Positions 12,211 through 24,959 of a stretch of 64,000 bases of DNA are shown piece after piece. Position numbers and translations under genes: made by a program. Source of the stretch: Lingula anatina (taxonomy: Eukaryota; Animalia; Brachiopoda); assembly GCA_051362555.1 (NCBI GenBank), contig CM120647.1:9610001-9674000 (forward strand), in the 5' to 3' direction. How positions within the stretch are numbered: position 1 is the stretch's first letter; every line of letters starts with the position of its first letter. The notes under the pieces are model-generated. The model searched no databases. It saw only the letters and a list, made by a program, of their open reading frames with translations, and had not been told where the DNA came from.

Positions 12211-12549
12211 TGATAAATATCACCGAATGACGCCGATGGGGTGATTCGTATTAAAATTTAATGGTCTTACAGCATGTTAGTCAATGACATGTATGAGAAC
12301 ACGTCTGACTAAATAAATAGCATAATAACATAGGAAAGCCAATAAGTACTGTCAGAGACAATAGAACTACTTGTATATTTGTCTTGTATAAATATGATAT
12401 ATGCAGTTATTTGCCTGCGCCAAGTATTACTGTGTGGGTGATTGCCAAAAACATGTATTTTTCTCAAATAAAGTGCAGTTTTACATGCTGTAAGACCATT
12501 AAATTTTAATACGAATCAAGCCATCGGCGTCATTCGGTGATATTTATCA
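12211..12549. repeat. Local ~66-bp inverted repeat bracketing ~205 bp
   Basis: tgataaatatcaccgaatgacgccgatgg...cttacagcatgt (12211-12277) is the reverse complement of 12483-12549. Confidence 0.85.
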
Positions 12550-15500
12550 CTGATCAACCTTTGCGACGAACATGATAATTTCTGTTTGCACGCAAAAGTA
12601 TAATTTCAATATGCAAGTTGATCTTTTCCATTAACGCGATTTCCCGCAAGTCAAACACGTATTGAAACAACATCCTTTAGATTTCAACCCTTTAAGGGCT
12701 GCAATCATGACTTTTTTCTTTGTTGGGATGTGTTTAAATCGATAAATTTAAAATATCCCAATGCCCGATTTAGTTGAAACAACCGACTGAAAAAAAAAAC
12801 ATCCGAAACATGAATTTTAGATACACAATATTGATTTCATCATCGTAATGATACGAATGACATCAAAATGATTTTGGAAGGATGCAATAGACCTCAACCC
12901 CTTTAGAAACATGCATTTACCAGGAGATCATTATAAAGCTTTTCTAAGGCATGACAAAACCAGTATTTGCCCTTGTACTCAAACATTTATATCAAATATC
13001 TTTGTGTGTAAATAATTGATACAACAACAAGACAAGATAGAATTTTCAAAAACAAACAGAATGATGATAAATACACAAGAAATTTATAAAGGGATTTTAA
13101 AATGTAATAAAACAATTTTTAAAAAAGCACTGGGAGCCATAGTTCCTCCCACCCCTAATAAAAATGAAATAAACGAACAAACGATCCATAAGTCAATTCG
13201 TAGACCGATGGTAACCCTCAGGCTGATTTCTTACTACTCAAATATGCTGAAACGCATGAAGATATACTCGATAATTTATTTAGTTTAAAATGTATTTCCG
13301 TATTTTAGCAAATGCGACTGCTCAGCCATGTGAACAGTCCAAAAACTGGTGAAAACATGAATTTCCATTCCCTCGGTAGCAGGGTGCTTTTGAAATTTTC
13401 ATAAGGCAGACTGTGGGAGATAACACAGCAATTTATCAAACGTGCGTCTAATTACCCAGGGGATGGTTGGGAAATAGGTGCCGCAACTCAAACGGTCGTT
13501 GGCATAGTTACAAACACGGTGTAGGTTTTATCTTGTGCAAAAGGAGTATGCTTGCTAAATGAAAAAATATTTCATAGCTTGTCAAAGGTTGTCAAGGGGG
13601 GGGGGGGGAGAGAGGCATTCCTATCCCACGCGTTTCACCAAAACCGGTCGGTATACGGCTTCGCAAAACAATTTTAAATATATACCCGTCTCTTAATATC
13701 ATAAGTTCAGTTTGTGCAATTAGTTAAACACATTGACGCAAAGCCATTTTCTACTTATTTTCACCGTATTTTATCAAAGTTTACTTTCTTCATTTACTTA
13801 TATGTGTAATTTGTGTTATACTTTTATCTAAAATAACAGGAGACCGGGGAAAGTTGGAACCCGGGGGTAAGTAAGCCACTCGTCAATTAATGAAACAATT
13901 ACGAGATAAAAATACAATTATCAAATAATCTTGCAAAGTGACCATATCCAACAAAGCCAGAAAGCGTTGTTAGTAAAAAAAGTTTTACTAATGCGGCGAC
14001 TCAAAACAAAAGAATTCTGCATTTAAAAGTAGCCTTGTTAAGTGCTTTAAAATTATATTTTCATACCTTTGTGATCGGCTTAAGTATCGTATTGGGCATC
14101 AAAATAAAGATGTATGTTTCAAAATTTACAGAAATGTCGTATTGTAGTCCATTTAAGAACCAAACCGGCTGCAAACCTTTGAAAGCGGGCATCTTGCTCG
14201 GGGCAGGTTAAAACCTCATATAGACCACAAACTTTCGCGTGCAACAGACCTATATAGCTTACCGTTAAAACTAAGTCAAAGTTTTGTGAAATAACTGGCA
14301 ATTTCAGATTTAAATTCTAATTTACTTTTTAAACAAGTTAATTATTCGTTATCATTCAGTAAAAGCCTGTTTTATTCCATCGTTAGTTCATTTTAAAATT
14401 ATAAAAAGTTTTATCCATCGATATTTGGGTTGTTATTTGTTTTTAAACACAATAACGAAGTTAACGTAAGCGCTGCTTCATTTGAAGTACTTATTCAGCA
14501 CATACTCTAAAATTGAATTTAATAAAATGAAAATGTGTTTAAAAAAAGGCATTTCATGGTGATTCCATGAAATACTAACTGTAATAGTTTCATAATATCA
14601 ATTTGTAAAAATGATTTAACTTTCATCTGGTTTATTATTTTTGCAATTGTATTCCTTGTGTAATAGTTAATGCATGGCGGGGTACATTGGTCTTTGTTAT
14701 CTTGCATGCGCAAAAAAAGGCACCAATGCCAGAAAAGCATTTTTATTGTTTGCCTCTACAATACGGTTTAGACTAATGTGCAGCTTGATACTAGTAACAA
14801 GTTCAGTTCACGTTTCAGCTTAAGTTGAATGAAAAAGAGAAGCACTTGGTCTTTGGGTTTTCCTGAAAGGTGTATAATCACGTGGCGGCCACATGATCTT
14901 GACCACGTGATACGGTAAATGTTCATAGCGTAATTTTTGAAGAATTCATTTATATCAAACCTTCCGCAAAATTAGGAGATCCACTTTATTCTGCAATTGC
15001 ATCTGCCTCAAAAACAAAGTGTAGTGAAATATTAACAAGGGGAAGCAGCATATGTCGCGACCTTGAAGCTAGTCTTGGTGACAGTATTCCAGGATATGAT
15101 ACTTCCCTCGTTACCATTGGCGCATACGGCCAGGCCGGGGATGTCCACAAACTCCTTGTTCCAGACATTGATGCCGCCGACATATCCAACGAATGACGGA
15201 TATTTGGGATACCCTTCAGTCATTGCCTCCAAATGGGTGTGTCCAACAACCCAATCACCACCTAAAATTACAGAATGAAAAAAAAAATATTTGACTTGTC
15301 ATTTCACTTTGTTAATTAATGTTCCAATGTGAAACAAAGATGCTGCAATGGATTAGTGCTAAGGAAGTAAAATCATAGGCCCAATGATATTGAAAGAATT
15401 GAACCACTTATATCAAATTAAAACCAGTTATTAATATAACACTCGTGCAGTAAATCTTTATTTTTCAGATGTCATGTCTCTGGCCTTACCTCCAGCTATG

Positions 15501-16951
15501 TGCGATACATTCACAGGAAAACTCAGCGTGTGGAAACCATCCCTATAGATATCTAACTTCCTCTTGACACCGCTCCACATGACACATGAGAAATGCCAGT
15601 TTCCGTCCGCTGGTAGAGGCGCTTCGCCACCGTAATACCCGTCCAACACGCTGATCCCATTTAAAATGACAGAATACCCATGACCGCGAGGACTGTAGGA
15701 AATCTCAATACTCCGAGGGTGGCGTTTAGAGCCGTAGGAGAGAATGGGGCCGCTTGAGGTACGGATGGTTTTGATCCAGGCACAGGTAGTGAAAGTGTCC
15801 AAGTCAGGGGTAGTTGTCTCCAATAGTGCCCAAGACAACTTGTTAGCTGGCTCTGGGAAGTGTAGAAACCTACGGCCAGCTGCAAGTATAACACATATAA
15901 TAACTTAAGAAAATTAAGACACAAAGAAAAGTCACACATACTGGCAGCATTGGAATCAGTCAGCCCGGTATATATATACGCATATACGCACAACACCATT
16001 TACGCGAGTGCGGAATTTTTGGAAAACAAACGCACGCACACCTTTTCACTCGAAAGTTCCATGTCACATGCAAGAGGATTATAAACTACCTGTTGAATAT
16101 TGCCCATACCGTCATGATCATTGCCATTGATATAATACAGACGCCGGTAACTTGGTTAAGTAAGAAATAAACGAAATATTTCAGTCAGCTGTCTGACCAA
16201 TGCTTGGTACTGATTCATGTCATAAAAATCAATAGTAGTAAAATCAAATACAATAAGTATTGATCTGAAACATTATCTATGCATTAATCTGACATAAAAG
16301 AGTGGCATTTCGTTTAACTGGACTACCACTGCTTTATTTTTGGGTGTAATTAGACTTAATTTTTAGTCTAAAAATAAAATCAATTTTTAAAATTTAAAAA
16401 TATTAAAGAAACAGTCAAGTGTTTCCCAGCCCATTCCACTCTTACCTACCTGTTTCTCTGTAGAAACAAGACGTCAAAACTAACGCTACAAGTAGAGATT
16501 GTCCAAACATGGTGGTGGCTCTCTAAAAGGAAAAGGTCAGTTGGCATCTCCTTTTATGATGTTGCTAATTAGATTCTTGATAACACGTATGGATAACCTT
16601 TATGTAAATTGCGTTATATCATACATACCATCTTTTTCGTGGTCGTGGTCGTTGAAGTAAAATTCAGAATGACATGCAAAAAAAACCTTGAGATATTTTT
16701 TAACCTGCGCATCCACTCTGGTCTATAGGTTAGTAGAATTGTTTCAATAATGTGGGGTCGTAGACTACGATAGGTGGGGGGGGGGGGCAAGTAACCTCGC
16801 CCCTCCCATACGATTTATTTCTTGAAAAATCACATTCATATTTAATTTCATGTGTTGTTGCCACCCTTTTCTATTGTCTCTTTTCATCAGGAGACCATAC
16901 TATTCCGTTTTTCATCGACTTTTCACAAGTAATTTACTCCGACCTATTAAC
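12310..16951 (-). repeat. Right arm of large inverted segmental duplication
   Basis: Reverse complement of the left arm, including the whole pentraxin gene, its flanks and embedded MITE relics. Confidence 0.9.
15032..16510 (-). CDS. Secreted short pentraxin-family protein, copy B (coding exons 16510-16450, 15879-15490, 15261-15032; 226 aa)
   Basis: Same exon sizes as copy A (61/390/230 nt), intact splice sites and frame; WHFSCVMWS and SFVGYVGGINVWN motifs. Confidence 0.85.
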
Positions 16952-17001
16952 AATTGTGTAGTGATGTAATGATACCCTGTCATTCGGTATCAAATGTTTA
17001 T

Positions 17002-18859
17002 TGTGGCAATGGAGAATGCATTCAAATGAGCGAAAGATGCCACTTGATACCCCACTGTAAAGATGGTTCAGATGAAGCACAGTGCACAAATGCCTACAGG
17101 AAGAAATTATATTCTTGTTTTTCTGATACATTACTCCTGTATTCACAGAAACACGATGGCGTGGTAGACTGTCTAGGGCCCGTTGAAGAAGACGAGATAG
17201 ATGACTGGTTGTTACAACAAACATCGATTAAGCACTGTGGGAATCAGTACAACAGGACGTGTCACAACCACACCTGCGACAAATATTCTTATCATGAAAA
17301 ATCATTTTTCCTCCGTGAGCCTTCATCCGGCAAAAAATACAGTAATACCCAGGTGTTCTATAGGAACGCACCTAGCTTTTACGAAAGAAATACGTACGAC
17401 ATATTATCAACCTGTAGGACTGGGAACCACCTTGTACAAAACGTGTCTCGCCCAATATTTGATTTGGACATTGACAATAGATCAATTATTTTTTTTGGCC
17501 CCAGAACGTCGCCATTATGCCACGGGATCACATGCCCCAAAGATTTATACCACCAATGCCCATCGTCGTACTGCATACCTGCCAGATCAGTTTGTGACGG
17601 GATCAAAGACTGTCACGATGGCAGTGACGAAATAACCTGTAACAGCTACTCCTGCCCAGGTATGCACAGATGTCGGGGACAGAACAATTGCTTGCCACAG
17701 AGTCAGGTGCGGGACGGAATCACTCAATGTAAACTGCATGATGATGAGGTATTCTATGGTTTTCAGTGTCCACCCGAGTGCTTTTGTGAAGGGTTTTCGG
17801 TAATTTGCCCCAGAGCAGTATTCAAGAGGTCGCCAAATTCTGATCAGAGTAGATTAACTGAGTCGCCTCTTATGATAGGAAGAGATATGGTAAGGAGTCT
17901 CATATTAAAATATAATCATATATCAGGGGTCACACTGGACAACTGCACGCGACTGTTATATCTTGACTTATCAAACAACTCACTGGTGGAAGTTCATAAA
18001 ACTATGTTTCAAGACACTGTCAATCTACGCAGGATTGATCTCTCAGAAAACAATATCCGAAGTGGTGCATTTTCCAATATGATTTCTCTTCAAGTGCTGA
18101 ACATAAGCAACAACCCAATTACTACTGTTCCGCGCCACTCTTTCCACAATCTCCCTGCTTTGCAGTATCTTGATCTGTCAGCTGGTCTACTACTTGTCCT
18201 GGACAACTGTTCGTTTTATAACGTCTCCGTTGGTGTTTAAAATATATCGAAAAACTTTGTCCAGACATTTAATGCATGGCTGTTCTGTGGTTGGCACAAA
18301 GTGAAGGCGATTGATCTGTCTGGAAACCCATTGGAAGTTAAACAGGAAGGGCTACCAAGTGATGTCGACATACGTTCGGAGTCTGCTGCATGTATCATCA
18401 ATCAAATTTATGTCAGTCTCAAGTTGATTTTTTTGCTTCGTGTTCAGATATGTTTATTGATAAAGTAATTAAGTACTCGTGTTTTGGTATGGGTCTTCTT
18501 TCTGTGGTGTCCTCGTTGGGATTGTTAAAATCGTATTTTAGTTTTGAAGGACTGTTTAGGATGAAAGAAATTGCTGTTGCCTTGAATGTCATTGAAATGC
18601 AAACGATTATACCAGTTGCGATAATATTTGTTAACAGTATGCTGATGACAGATACTTATTTCCACATGTCTAATTCCTGGCGTAGAAGCCCATCATGTCA
18701 CGTTGCATCTTTTTTCTACATTTTGCCTCAGGTTTGTGTTACTATAATAGTGTTTTTTTGCTGCTATACAGGCGATTATATTACGACCCGCTGGAATCGA
18801 AAAAGCACAAGTGTTAAGGCGCATAGTGTGCGTTGGCATAATTATTGTCCTCACCGCGT
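17002..18859 (+). pseudogene. Disabled partial duplicate of the GRL101-like gene (LDLa-LRR to TM4); matches 30871-32749
   Basis: Colinear high similarity to the last exon of the full gene; 9-nt deletion near 18059, TTA>TAA at 18238, 13-nt frameshift deletion near 18371, extra T near 18755; no signal peptide and no TM5-7. Confidence 0.9.
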
Positions 18860-19427
18860 ACAGACGAGACAAGAAGCAAGGTGACGCGGAGTTTGAAGTT
18901 TGAACTAAGAATATCTTGCAATCGAAAGTCAATGCCACAACACAAGCAACTTTCTGCTTTAAAAACTGCTTTTTGGTGTAGCCAAAAAATGCATATATAT
19001 TATACACCTTATAAATAATGTATATGTGTATGAAAGGCAATGGCTTTACGGCTAGAGAGATAGATTGTGCCGATGTACTGTGTTAGTTGAGATTGTTTTG
19101 TGTTGCTACCGGTAGATGTCTCTATAAGTAAAGTACAGTCTGGGGTGTCAGTTTGAATCTCTTGTAATAAAATATTGTGTGACCTCTAGTGATTAGTACC
19201 TTAAAGGTAAAACTGCCCATTATATAATAATTGGTTCTGATTGGTGAACTTGAACATGTATATAAGGGGTTATTTGAAATAAATCGCTCTCTTATTTGGC
19301 TCTTCTGTGGTTCTTGTGTGACTCAGGACCCTTATCCTTTGGCGCTTCGTATTAGAAACACCCACACCAGTGAGTATTGTGTTGTTCTTTTAAATTTTAA
19401 AAGGCACTTGGCCACGGCGGCGTAACA
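18860..19427 (+). mobile_element. Possible LTR fragment
   Basis: Starts where pseudogene homology stops; TATA-like (tatataag at ~19259) then AATAAA (~19279); ends in ...GTAACA; no matching 5' TG or TSD identified. Confidence 0.3.
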
Positions 19428-19944
19428 AGATTCCAATGATAAATTATGATATTGGTTAGATAAAAGAATGACAAATGAACTATTCTCAAGTGGAGTCACT
19501 ATCTATATACGCTAATCAAGTATTCTTAGACAGTGCATGTTATATAATAATAATATTTGTTATGAGGGGGGGTCACGGGGGTCCTGGCCCCGCTTCGATT
19601 TCTGGTCCCCTCTTGAAATTAGAATTTTGACTAGCTGAATCATAGTTCCTAACAGTACCAAATGGCACCGCTCACCCTCTAAAATACCACAAATTTTCGG
19701 GGCCCGCCGTCGGCGCAACTATGTGAGAGCGTGAGATGTTATACATGCATGCATAACGTGTGTATTGATGGATATCAAACTCGCTATGACAACGTAACAA
19801 AGTGTAATGTGCATTGTAGAAACATACGTGCGCGCATGTATGACGTCGCACGCACTCACATAGTTGCGCCAACGAACAACAAATAACGTAAACAGAAACA
19901 ACAATCTACACGCTATTTGGTAACGTATGCAACCACATCCTATA

Positions 19945-21405
19945 GATTTCAATCCTTTTAGGGATGCAATCCTGGCTTTGTTCCTTTTGAGATGTATTTG
20001 AAATTATATTTGTTGAATATCTCAATAAAAATGTCCAATTTAGTTGAAACAACCGACTGAAAAAAAAAAACAACCTACTGGAACATGCTTTTTAGATATA
20101 CAGTGATGATTCCATTTCATCATCGTTATGAAACAAATGGCAATAAAACTATCATTGAAAGACGCAATAGATCTCAACCCCTTTAGAAACATGCATTAAC
20201 CAAGAGAGCATAATAAAGCTTTCCTCGACGGGGCTTTCATCTCTTTCTTCAATCACGCAAGCTGAATGGGCTTGAAAAAAAATACTTGATAACTTATTTC
20301 ATTTAAAATTTGTTTCCTCAATTTAGGAAATGCGACTGAGCAGGCGTGCAGCCATGTGAACAGTCCAAAGACTGTTGAAAACTTTGATGTTTATTCCCTT
20401 GGTAGCAGGGTGCTTGTGAATTTTTAATAGGACAGACTATGGGAGACCACACAGCAATTTACCAAATGTGCGCCTTATTACCATGGGGATGGAAGGAGTA
20501 TGTAAATGTGTGGTTTTGGGCCTTTCTAATAAAAGTGAAAAAAAAAACGACAAGTATGAGTTCACCGGATAACCAATAACAAATGTATACGAGGCCTATT
20601 ATGTGTATGCAATTCGACTTTGAATTGAACTGTGTGTCAGTTTGCGTCCGTTGAGATTTGTAATGACAGAAAGATTATGTCAAGGATCAACAGTAACCAA
20701 TTATTTCTGGATTGGTTTGGTTACCACCACAGATAGATGTTGCATCATTTCCTGCATTACTACTAAAAGCTCATCGATATCAATTAATCTCAGTATTGCT
20801 CCAAACGGAACAATGAAGAGGAAACGTTCACAAAAACCGATACTCTTCAGTAAATTGCCTAAGACAATAGAAATATCTGCCTAGCATACATGATTCATGT
20901 TGTAATATGCCTGCACCAAGTGTTCCTATATGGTTGAGTACCAATAATGATAAGAATAACAGTGGTCCATGAAAGACAATTCATAGAAAATGAGATAAAT
21001 TACATTTCCTATTGTTCAATCTTATTAAATGGAAAAGTAGATATAACATAGCATAAGCTTCCTTAGTTGTCATATTTACCCCTTAATGAGTTTCGACAAA
21101 ATGGACTATCAGCACACTTGTGCGTTCAGCTATCATTGTTTTTGTGTGAAATAGACTTTTTTCGAGAATGGCGCCTGATAACATGCAAAGTTGAGCTCTT
21201 TTACCTACACGGCATTTCTGTGTCCCACTGGACGGCGGCAGAAACCCGAGACCGACCTTACTATAACCATTCGTCACGTCTTATTGTGGTTTTAAGGTTG
21301 AGAATAGTCTAGCAAAATGTGTTTCTTTAATTTAGAAAATGCGACTGTTCAGCCATGTGAGAAGTCCAAAAACTGGTGAGAACATACATTTTCATTCCCT
21401 CGGGT
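19945..21405. repeat. Further diverged copies of palindrome spacer and 3'-flank sequence
   Basis: 19945-20490 resembles 12677-13465; 20960-21047 is inverted relative to 10928-11017; 21337-21402 resembles 13309-13375. Confidence 0.75.
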
Positions 21406-21414
21406 ATTACCTTA

Positions 21415-21512
21415 CCCAGCAGACAAACGACATTGATTCACCGTTGAATCAACGTTAATTTTGGTGGATCAACGTTGAATCAACGTAGAATCAATGTCGT
21501 TTGCCTGCTGGA
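21415..21512. mobile_element. ~98-bp hairpin MITE with CCCAG termini
   Basis: cccagcagacaaacgacattgattc ... gaatcaatgtcgtttgcctgctgg, with internal tcaacgtt repeats. Confidence 0.75.
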
Positions 21513-21547
21513 TTAAGTATTTCTGCTCCAGGGTCTGATTACATCAT

Positions 21548-21935
21548 CACTGTAAAAACAGTGTTTAGCTTTTAAACACATATATCACACGTTTAGCACT
21601 TGAACGCGTTTAGAAACGCCGATAGCTCTTCAAGCCTCTCACAGAAAAAAATGCTAGACATGTTTGGCAATGTTACACGTTTGATTCTATAACTACTTTT
21701 TCGCAAAACTAAACACATTGGCTAAGCACTTCCTCTGCTTAGCGCGCGGAGCTGCTTAACATATGGAGCTGCTAAACGTGTGGAGCTGCTAAACGCGTGG
21801 AGCAGCCTGCTTGGATACTTAGTGGACTTCCTTGCTATAACTTGTTACTATTCTAAAAATGTCTTTTAGTACTAAGTGACTTTTGCCAAAATCCTGTAAT
21901 TATGGGAAGCAATGGCAAAAACCTCCCTACAAGCC
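21548..21935. mobile_element. Truncated inverted copy of the CACTGTAAAAA MITE family
   Basis: cactgtaaaaa...gtgtttagcttttaaacacatat is the reverse complement of 3255-3287; similarity continues to ~21900. Confidence 0.75.
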
Positions 21936-22171
21936 AAGGCCTAGGTCATTTTTTCGGTCTACCATGGTATAAAAGTGCATTTTATTCTTATTCTTTATTA
22001 GTATATCCAACTATGATTTTACTTCAGACCTAAATGATAACCGACATTATATTAATAGGCGGATACAGGATAGGAATTGGAATAACAACCTTAATGAGGT
22101 CCTCACTTTCAAAATTTGGATAAACTCGAGAAGCCATCCATTTTTGAAGATGTGATCGTAAGCATCCATCT

Positions 22172-22404
22172 GTATCGGATGGCCTAGTAATTAGAGTGCC
22201 CGTCTACGAAGCTGAAGAGCATGGGTTCGTCTCCGTCTGGGAATATGCTACTTTTCCAAGGCAAAACTAGAGGATCAGAGAGGCGATACCGCCTCCGGAT
22301 ATTGTACCACCAGCTGGAGTAAGCGCATTCGTATGGACCCCCCCCCCTCCAAAAAGGGACACCATCACCAGTCTTGTGCTTGACAAGCTCTATAAAATGC
22401 AATC
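22172..22404 (+). mobile_element. tRNA-derived SINE (head resembles tRNA-Arg(ACG))
   Basis: A-box-like tggcctagtaa (22180), ctacgaa...gaaga, B-box-like ggttcgtctcc (22224); tail aagctctataaaatgc; acceptor stem does not pair. Confidence 0.55.
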
Positions 22405-22639
22405 AACAAGAGTTCTCAAAATATGCAAAAAAAAAATATAACTAAAAATGGTACAATCAAGCAGATTTTCGAACTGACTTTTCCTACCATTGATCACTCC
22501 TGTGATTCTCTAGACAGAAGGCCTATTGGTTTTCCTTGAAATGTGTTGTCAGTGGTGCATATATGCTGACAAAAAAAGAAAACCTAGGGGCAACAACGGG
22601 CACATCTCTGCTAGTTTTGAAAATATGAGAGGCAAGAAA

Positions 22640-23215
22640 ATATGCAAAGCTCAGTTCATGGTGAAAAAGTAGGTCAAAGGTCAATTTCAATATCATAGTA
22701 TATGACTTCCTATTCAAGTTCTATAGTAACCATGGGCATTTCTTTGCCAATTTTGCAGAATTAAAGGCCAGAAACAGAACATGCAAAAAGCAGTTCATCA
22801 TAAAAAGTAGGTCAAAGGTCAATTTCAAGGTCACAGATTGCCAGTTTATTACTTCCTATTCAAGTTCAATAGTAACTATGGACCTATCTCTGCCAGTTTT
22901 GGAGATAAAAGGGAACAAAAATTTGCAAAGTTCAGTACATGGTTCGGTTCAAAGTAGGTCAAAGGTCAATTTAAAGGTCACAGTAAATTGCCTCCAATGA
23001 CTTTCTATTCAAAGTCAATAGTAACTATGGGCGTATCTTTGCCAGTTTTGGAGATAAAAGGGAACGAAATTTTGCAAAGTTCAGTTTCTGGGTTAAAAGT
23101 AGGTCAAAGATCAATTTCAAGGTCAAAGTTAGATTGCCAGTATATGACTTCCTATTCAACTTCAATAGTAACTATGGACCTATCTCTGCCAGTTTTGGAG
23201 ATATAAGGGACTAAA
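22640..23215. repeat. Four diverged ~140-150 bp tandem units containing AGGTCAAAGGTCA; probably internal array of a larger Helentron-like non-autonomous element (~22404-24190)
   Basis: aaagtaggtcaaag.tcaattt...acttcctattcaa...tagtaac.atgg at ~22666, 22803, 22951 and 23096; motif recurs at ~23820; superfamily assignment is inference. Confidence 0.7.
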
Positions 23216-24959
23216 TGTTTCAATTTTGGAGTTACAAAAAAGTGCCATAAATTTCCTACAGAAAAAATTAATTAAAATAAAGAAAAAGTCATTTTGGTTG
23301 AAATTCTTGAAATGAGAGGTGCTCAGAAGTACCCGATGTTCAAATTTCATGAAATAATGTCATATTTGACCAGCAGTTGTCTGCCTTGCCAAGCCTTATG
23401 TTTTATTTTCCTGGGGTTCAAAATTTATTATACATTACCGTACTGCACATTTTGCTTTCACCACCACAATGTATTTTTTGATACAGCATCACTCGAAAAC
23501 CGTATGGAATACAAAAAATGGAGACCACTATTACTGTTGGGCTTTTATATGCTCTACAAAATGCAAAAAAGAATGGGTCTCTAGCGTTAACGGTTCCCGA
23601 ATTAGAGACAGTTTTCAGTTTCGATATCTTATGGCCGCTACTCCCGTGAAAATGCACCGATTGACCCCAAATTCACGGAGATGAAAGATAACCCAAAGGG
23701 TAACACTTTCCAATAATATTATTGGTTAGGTCTGTGTAGTTTCTGAATATCAGCGCAAATAATTTTTTTTTCGTAAAAAAACATTTTTTTGAAAATTTTG
23801 GCCCGTTTGACCTTGAAAAAAGGTCAAAGGTCAAATCCAAAGGCATATTTGAAATCTCCACATATGACTTTCGGTCAGCCGTCTGTAGAAATTTTTCCCA
23901 TAATTCCTTCCGTAGGGTAGATAATTAGCATTTAATTTTGCCATTTTTGGACAAGGGTGCATTGCAATGAGCGCCACACCTAGACCCCAGCACTGATGAA
24001 GCCCTAATTTTACGTGGAACGAGTTGAGATTATAGGTGACCTAAATCCAAGAGATGGGTACGCAGGCCCTTGTAGTCTAGGAGGAGAAGCGGTAACGGTG
24101 ACATGGCGGCGGAGCCGCAGGAGCCGGCGGAGCCGGCGGAACATACGGGTCGGGACTAAAACCATGTGTACCGCCAGCGCCTACAATAAGCATGACACGA
24201 TACTAAAATGGTCCAGCGAGATGGCCTTATAATAACAGTACATTGTTATCTAAATGAGAGAAATGTGTAATAAATCAGATGTCAATGTTAATAGCAAAGC
24301 TCAGTTTTCATCTGTGACTGCCCGTGTATTACAATTTATATTTAAGTATATACATGTGCACTTATTTTTTTACATATTTCATTACGCTACTGTTTTTGTT
24401 TGGCCATAAACCTTCGTAAAACTATGCTAGAGCTTAAAAAGATTATCATTTTAATTACTTTTAATTTTATCATAATTTAGGAATAATAAAAGACTACTTG
24501 GGAACAAGATTAAAATAAAAAAAGACTTAAACTAAAATTTGAGACCGGTGTGACGAAACTTAGGGTCCGTGTAACAGAGAGTCCACCCCCCATTTAATTA
24601 TACAAGTTAGGGTTGGCCTGAAGTAAGTGAGTCAAAATTTAAGGCGAGGCTTGCCTGGGCAAATTATTGGGAACCTGTCACGTTAGGCCGGTACGGCAAC
24701 GGGACAGCGTCTTCTAAAACAGCCATAATACACATATCCACTACACCAAATAATGAACACCAAATAATGAATTTCACCTCTTTTATTTAACACATTTGTC
24801 TCATTGTTTTAAATATTAATGTATCGGAATCAATAAAAGAACCATTATCAGATTGCACTGAGCCCATTTACTGATTACACAAGTTAAAGAGGGGCGCTTT
24901 TTCGCGCGTGCCAGATGCGTGCAGCACTACATAAGCGGCAGTCAAATTGAGATTTGGCG

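Noticed and set aside
16954-19427. Receptor fragment captured inside an LTR (TGT...ACA)
   Set aside because: No target-site duplication matches any candidate 5' TG, and there is no second LTR or primer-binding site
22172-22245. Functional tRNA-Arg gene
   Set aside because: A and B boxes are degenerate, the acceptor and anticodon stems do not pair, and a SINE-like body follows
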